Shown here in pieces: positions 26,112 to 30,573 of a stretch of DNA of 30,573 nt. The notes under the pieces were generated by a model, which saw only the letters and a program-made list of their open reading frames with translations, made no database searches and was not told the origin of the DNA. How positions within the stretch are numbered: position 1 is the first letter of the stretch; each line of letters starts with the position of its first letter. The DNA comes from an uncultured Lachnospiraceae bacterium (lineage in GTDB: Bacteria > Bacillota > Clostridia > Christensenellales > UBA1242), in NCBI GenBank assembly GCA_964368355.1, contig CAYJAO010000001.1, positions 1 through 30,573 of the forward strand, given 5' to 3'. The translations under genes were made by a program, and so were the position numbers.

Positions 26112-26134
26112 AAAAGAAAAGGAGAAATAATAAG

Positions 26135-26875
26135 ATGAAAGAGTTATCGCCAGCAGAAATAATTTTAATGAGAAAAGCAGGAGAGATAACAAAAAATGCG
26201 TTATTGTATGCTGAAACCTTAGTAAAGCCGGGAATTTCTACGAATTTACTTGACAAAATGATTTCAGAATATATAATAAAACATGGTGGAAGACCTTCCT
26301 TTAAAAACTACTATGGATTTCCAAAATCAATATGTATTTCAATCAATGAAGTCGTTGTTCATGGGATACCATCGGAAAGAAAATTGAAAGAGGGCGACAT
26401 CGTAAGCATTGATGTTGGAGTTGATTATAAAGGCTACAACGGAGATGCAGCACGTACATTTCCAGTAGGTCAAATTTCTGAAGAAAAACAAAAACTTATT
26501 AATGTTACTCGTGAAAGTTTTTTTGAAGGATTAAAAAACCTTAAAGCAGGTGAAAAACTTGGAAAGTTATGTGCGAGCATTCAGCGTTATGTTGAAAAAA
26601 ATGGTTTTAGCGTCGTACGAGAAATGACTGGGCATGGCATAGGATCAAAACTCCACATGAACCCAAACGTTCCAAACTATGGTAAAGAAACCGATGGGCC
26701 AATTGTTCAAGCAAATACATGTTTAGCGATTGAACCAATGGTAAATATGGGAACTAGAAAGATATTCGTCTTGGAAGATGAATGGACAACCATTACTCAA
26801 GATTTAATGCCTTCAGCCCATTATGAAAATACTGTTTTAATTCTTGAAGATAGAATTGAAATATTGACACTGTGA
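26135..26875 (+). CDS. map: Methionine aminopeptidase type I
   Basis: CISINEVVVHGIP, GDIVSIDVG, GDAART, GHGIG, AIEPM, SAHYENT; ATG 26135 follows AGGAG. Confidence 0.97.
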   Translation: MKELSPAEIILMRKAGEITKNALLYAETLVKPGISTNLLDKMISEYIIKHGGRPSFKNYYGFPKSICISINEVVVHGIPSERKLKEGDIVSIDVGVDYKGYNGDAARTFPVGQISEEKQKLINVTRESFFEGLKNLKAGEKLGKLCASIQRYVEKNGFSVVREMTGHGIGSKLHMNPNVPNYGKETDGPIVQANTCLAIEPMVNMGTRKIFVLEDEWTTITQDLMPSAHYENTVLILEDRIEILTL

Positions 26876-26882
26876 GAAAGAC

Positions 26883-27152
26883 ATGAAATTTAAAAGATTT
26901 GAAGTTGTTAAGTCAACAGCAGGTAGAGATGAAGGAAGTGTTTACCTCATCAAAGAACTAATTGATGAAAAATATGTTCTTGTGATAGATGGTAATACAA
27001 AACCAATTTCAAAGCCAAAAAAGAAGAAAATCAAACATATTTCATCACTTAACCAAGTGGAAACTTCACTAAAAGATATTTTTGATGATAAATCAAAGAT
27101 AAACGATGGTGAAATAAGAAAAATTTTGAAAAAATATCAAAAAAGTTGTTAA
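26883..27152 (+). CDS. KOW-domain RNA-binding protein (L14e-like)
   Basis: [21 protein letters not shown]; conserved position between map and infA in Bacillota. Confidence 0.85.
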   Translation: MKFKRFEVVKSTAGRDEGSVYLIKELIDEKYVLVIDGNTKPISKPKKKKIKHISSLNQVETSLKDIFDDKSKINDGEIRKILKKYQKSC

Positions 27153-27162
27153 AGGAGATTGT

Positions 27163-27384
27163 ATGTCTAAGGAAGATGTGATAGAATTTGAAGGTGAAGT
27201 TGTCGAGGTGTTGCCCAATACAACATTTCTTGTAAAACTTTCTAATGGGCATGTCATTACTGCATACATTTCAGGCCGTCTTAGAATGCATTATATTAAA
27301 ATTCTTGAAGGCGACAAAGTTAAAATTGAAATGAGTCCATATGATTTGACAAAAGGTCGAATTACGTGGCGTGGCAAAAATTAA
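27163..27384 (+). CDS. infA: Translation initiation factor IF-1
   Basis: [22 protein letters not shown]. Confidence 0.98.
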   Translation: MSKEDVIEFEGEVVEVLPNTTFLVKLSNGHVITAYISGRLRMHYIKILEGDKVKIEMSPYDLTKGRITWRGKN

Positions 27385-27396
27385 AGGGGGAAGAAC

Positions 27397-27513
27397 ATGA
27401 AAGTAAGACCATCTGTAAAACCTATGTGCAATAAATGCAAGGTTATTAAAAGAGAAGGAAAAGTTATGGTTATCTGCTCAAAAGATAAGAGCCATAAACA
27501 AGTTCAAGGCTAA
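27397..27513 (+). CDS. rpmJ: 50S ribosomal protein L36 (zinc-binding; absent from the ORF track)
   Basis: Translated by hand: [38 protein letters not shown]. Confidence 0.97.
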   Translation: MKVRPSVKPMCNKCKVIKREGKVMVICSKDKSHKQVQG

Positions 27514-27647
27514 TTGACAAATCTCGGGTGACGAATTGTAAACAATTTGTGTGTGAGGCGGCTGTATGGGGTAATTCCCTGTAACTTAACCCCGTTATTT
27601 ATATAAAAGACAAAAAGAAAACAAAAAAAATAATAGGAGAATAAAAC
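27514..27647 (+). promoter_or_regulatory. Structured rpmJ-rpsM intergenic region (candidate S4-responsive leader)
   Basis: Hairpins at 27531-27550 and 27565-27583; alternative pairing GGGGT/ACCCC. Confidence 0.45.
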
Positions 27648-28025
27648 ATGGCAAGAATTGCTGGCGTAGATTTACCAAAAGATAAAAGAGTAGAAATTGG
27701 TTTAACCTATATCTATGGTATTGGCAGAGAATCTGCTAATAAAATTTTGGAAGAAACAAAAATCAATCCAGATACAAGAGTTAAAGACCTCGATGAAAAC
27801 GATGTTGCTACTCTTCGTAACTATATTGAAAAGAACTATTCTGTTGAAGGCGATTTGAGAAAAGAAGTTTCAATGAACATCAAACGTTTAACAGAAATCG
27901 GCTCATACAGAGGAATCCGTCATAGAAGAGGGCTTCCTGTAAGAGGGCAAAATACAAGAACAAACTGCAGAACGCGTAAAGGTCCAAGAAGGGCCGTTAG
28001 TGGAAGCAGCAAGAAGGGTAAATAA
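27648..28025 (+). CDS. rpsM: 30S ribosomal protein S13
   Basis: [31 protein letters not shown]. Confidence 0.99.
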   Translation: MARIAGVDLPKDKRVEIGLTYIYGIGRESANKILEETKINPDTRVKDLDENDVATLRNYIEKNYSVEGDLRKEVSMNIKRLTEIGSYRGIRHRRGLPVRGQNTRTNCRTRKGPRRAVSGSSKKGK

Positions 28026-28036
28026 GGGGGAAGATA

Positions 28037-28435
28037 ATGGCAGCAGCAACTAAAACAGTTAAAACAAAAAAGAAAAAGATAACACAAAGTATCGATAAAG
28101 GCCAAGTTCATATCAAATCTTCTTTCAACAACACAATGGTTACCTTTACTGATATGGCAGGAAATGTATTATCATGGTCAAGTTCAGGTAAACTTGGCTT
28201 TAAAGGCTCAAAGAAGAGCACACCTTACGCAGCTCAACAATCAGTTGAAGATGCAGCAAAAGTCGCAAAAGAATACGGAATCAGAAGCGTTGAAGTTTAT
28301 GTTAAAGGACCTGGCAATGGACGAGAGTCTGCTATACGTTCACTTCAAAACGAAGAAATCAACGTAACTCTTATTAAAGATGTGTCACCAATCGCTCATA
28401 ACGGTTGCCGACCACCAAAAATTAGAAGAGTTTAA
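28037..28435 (+). CDS. rpsK: 30S ribosomal protein S11
   Basis: [26 protein letters not shown]. Confidence 0.99.
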   Translation: MAAATKTVKTKKKKITQSIDKGQVHIKSSFNNTMVTFTDMAGNVLSWSSSGKLGFKGSKKSTPYAAQQSVEDAAKVAKEYGIRSVEVYVKGPGNGRESAIRSLQNEEINVTLIKDVSPIAHNGCRPPKIRRV

Positions 28436-28448
28436 GAGGAGTTAGAAA

Positions 28449-29069
28449 ATGGCAAAATTAGTAGGACCAGACTGCCGTCAATGTAGACGTGAGGGTTGTA
28501 AACTCTTTTTAAAAGGCGAAAGATGCACAAGCAAAAAATGCGCTTTGGAAAAAAGACCAACACTTCCTGGACAACATGGAGCAGCTAGAAAAAGAGTCAC
28601 AGAATATGGTACACAGCTTCGTGAAAAACAAAAAGTTAAAAGAGCATATGGTATTTTAGAGAAACAATTCAGAAAATACTATGAAGAAGCTGAAAGAATG
28701 AAAGGCGTTACAGGCGAAAACATGCTTTCACTTATAGAAAGAAGACTTGACAACGTTGTTTATAGAATGGGTATCGGTGCAAGTAGATCAGAATGCCGTC
28801 AAATCGTTAACCATGGGCACATTACGGTTAATGGAAAACGTGTTAACATACCATCATTTATTGTTAAAGCAGGGGACGTAATTGCTATTAAAGAAAACAA
28901 ACGTGACCTTGATATGTTTAAGGATTTAAAAGGAATGAAAATCATTATGCCAAAATGGCTTGAATTTAATTCCGAAAAGCTTGAAGGAAAAATTTTAGCA
29001 CTTCCAACAAGAGAAGACATTGACCTCAACATTAAAGAACATCTCATTATTGAGTTGTATTCAAGATAG
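28449..29069 (+). CDS. rpsD: 30S ribosomal protein S4 (zinc-finger type)
   Basis: CRQCRREG...C...C, YGTQLREKQK, ERRLDNVVYR, IIELYSR. Confidence 0.98.
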   Translation: MAKLVGPDCRQCRREGCKLFLKGERCTSKKCALEKRPTLPGQHGAARKRVTEYGTQLREKQKVKRAYGILEKQFRKYYEEAERMKGVTGENMLSLIERRLDNVVYRMGIGASRSECRQIVNHGHITVNGKRVNIPSFIVKAGDVIAIKENKRDLDMFKDLKGMKIIMPKWLEFNSEKLEGKILALPTREDIDLNIKEHLIIELYSR

Positions 29070-29088
29070 TATTAAGGAGATAAAAAGT

Positions 29089-30048
29089 ATGTTAATGGAA
29101 ATTGAAAAACCAAAAATCACTTGTGAAGAAACAGAAAATGGTAGTTTCGCAAGATTCACAGTCGAACCACTTGAAAAAGGTTTTGGTATTACACTTGGTA
29201 ATGCACTTAGAAGAATATTATTATCCGCTCTTCCAGGCGCAGCACCAATAGCAATCAAAATCCCAGGAGTTCTTCATGAATTTTCTACCGTTCCGGGCGT
29301 TTACGAAGATGTTGTAGATATTGTTTTAAATATCAAAACGCTTGCAGTAAAAGTTGCAAATTCAGACAGAGATTTTAGAACTTCTCTTAGAATTAAATCT
29401 AAGAAAGGTGGAGAGATCGCTGCTAGAGATTTTGAACCAAACGAAGATGTAGAAATTTTAACACCAGATCTTCACATTTGTTCAGTTGAAGAAGGTTGCC
29501 CATTTGAACTTGAAGTTTTAATTGGTAAAGGTAGAGGATATGTTCCAAATATTGAGAATAAAGCAATTATTTCTGACATGCCAGAATATATCGCAATAGA
29601 TTCACTCTATTCACCAGTTAAAAAGGTAAGTTATACAGTTGAGCCAACCCGCGTTGGACAAAGTATTGACTTTGATAAACTTGTTTTAGAAGTTGAAACA
29701 AACGGAACAATTTCCGCTCGCGATATCGTAAGTTTATCAGGAAAAATTATGCAAGATCATATTTCAATATTTGTTGACCTTTGCGAAGCAATGAGCAAAA
29801 TGAATATTTTAGTTTCTACCGAAGAAGATAGCAAGACAAAAATTCTTGATATGCCAATCGAAGAAATGGAGCTTTCAGTTCGTTCATATAATTGCTTAAA
29901 ACGCGCAGGAATCAATACTGTTGAAGATTTAACACAAAAGAGCAGAGAAGATATGCTTAAAGTTAGAAATCTTGGGATTAAATCAATAGATGAAGTTTGC
30001 GAAAAACTTTCTGAATATGGACTTAATTTTAGAGAAACAGAAGAGTAA
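29089..30048 (+). CDS. rpoA: RNA polymerase alpha subunit
   Basis: EPLEKGFGITLGNALRRILLS, GKGRGYV, LSVRSYNCLKRAGI; ATG 29089 follows AAGGAG. Confidence 0.98.
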   Translation: MLMEIEKPKITCEETENGSFARFTVEPLEKGFGITLGNALRRILLSALPGAAPIAIKIPGVLHEFSTVPGVYEDVVDIVLNIKTLAVKVANSDRDFRTSLRIKSKKGGEIAARDFEPNEDVEILTPDLHICSVEEGCPFELEVLIGKGRGYVPNIENKAIISDMPEYIAIDSLYSPVKKVSYTVEPTRVGQSIDFDKLVLEVETNGTISARDIVSLSGKIMQDHISIFVDLCEAMSKMNILVSTEEDSKTKILDMPIEEMELSVRSYNCLKRAGINTVEDLTQKSREDMLKVRNLGIKSIDEVCEKLSEYGLNFRETEE

Positions 30049-30060
30049 AAGGAGACAGAG

Positions 30061-30570
30061 ATGGCAAATAGTAAATTAGGAAGACCAACAAAAGAAAGAG
30101 TTGCAATCATTCGTAATCAAGTTTCTAATCTTCTTTGGAATGAAAAACTTGAAACAACTTTTGAACGTGCAAAATCAACTCGCTCAGTTGCAGAAAAGAT
30201 TTTAACACTCGCTATTAACTCTTATAAAGATACAACAAAAGTTGTAAAAGTAGTTAAGGATGAAAAAGGTGTTGAAAGCAAAAAAGAATTTATCAACGAT
30301 GGACCAAAGAAATTAAATGCTAGAAGAAAAATGATGAGCTATTTATATGACCTTCAAGAGCAAAAAGGCAATAAAGAAAGCAAAGCGGCATTTAGAGGGA
30401 GAACAGAAGATGTCAAGCACCCCTTGATTGAAAAGATTTTCAACGTTTATGCTCCTCGTTATGCAGAACGCGCAAAGAATCTTGGACAAAAAGGTGGTTA
30501 CACTCGTGTAATCAAATTAGGTCAAAGAAGAGGCGATAATGCAGAAACCGCAATCATTGAATTGGTGTAA
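30061..30570 (+). CDS. rplQ: 50S ribosomal protein L17 with internal insertions
   Basis: [33 protein letters not shown]; 169 aa. Confidence 0.96.
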   Translation: MANSKLGRPTKERVAIIRNQVSNLLWNEKLETTFERAKSTRSVAEKILTLAINSYKDTTKVVKVVKDEKGVESKKEFINDGPKKLNARRKMMSYLYDLQEQKGNKESKAAFRGRTEDVKHPLIEKIFNVYAPRYAERAKNLGQKGGYTRVIKLGQRRGDNAETAIIELV

Positions 30571-30573
30571 TTA

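Noticed and set aside
26105-26134. Lys/Arg-rich N-terminal extension of Map (GTG start)
   Set aside because: The stretch contains the AGGAG SD for ATG 26135 and begins inside the intergenic hairpin.
27514-27545. Internal promoter from TTGACA right after rpmJ
   Set aside because: No credible -10 at 16-18 nt spacing. The same holds for the extra TTGACA hexamers at 14581 and 14638.
29020-29088. N-terminal extension of RpoA from the ORF track
   Set aside because: It overlaps rpsD; the SD-supported start is 29089.
14878-30110. Antisense and alternate-frame ORFs in the ribosomal cluster (e.g. 15935-16324, 24381-24728, 28164-28367)
   Set aside because: Shadow ORFs typical of stop-poor reverse frames of highly biased genes.
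14843-30570. Avoidance of the MazF site TACAT in ribosomal genes
   Set aside because: Sites are present in rpsS, rplN, map and infA; depletion cannot be claimed without genome-wide statistics.
1-30573. Alternative genetic code (stop reassignment)
   Set aside because: All conserved genes translate full length under code 11; TAG and TGA terminate at the expected positions; Trp is TGG with a CCA tRNA.

Overview
Core chromosomal region of a low-GC Bacillota genome, probably class Clostridia and possibly a compact uncultured gut lineage (inference from Clostridia-like S4, L22 and L17 sequences, a ybeY-era pair without dgkA/cdd, and strong SD use). Standard genetic code. Layout: (1) 3' part of an acidic Ig-like-repeat protein; (2) ybeY-era; (3) ileS (type-2 IleRS with the altered GLHH signature), SAM methyltransferase, RluA-family synthase and pepF; (4) a minus-strand accessory block (9.5-14.4 kb) with a tRNA-Leu carrying the rare AAG anticodon, a 40-bp duplicate of its 5' half separated by a 194-bp hairpin-rich spacer, a tandem repeat resembling integrase arm sites, a MazF/EndoA toxin with a non-canonical upstream partner, tRNA-Trp, lgt, and a 680-aa orphan membrane protein behind a perfect sigma70 promoter; (5) the complete S10-spc-alpha ribosomal cluster (rpsJ to rplQ, with secY, adk, map, KOW protein, infA, rpmJ, rpsD, rpoA). 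Best leads: the A34 tRNA-Leu locus with matching CTT codon bias, the duplicated half-tRNA next to the toxin-antitoxin pair, the GLHH IleRS2, and the orphan protein. All family calls come from motif recognition only; no database searches or folding programs were run.
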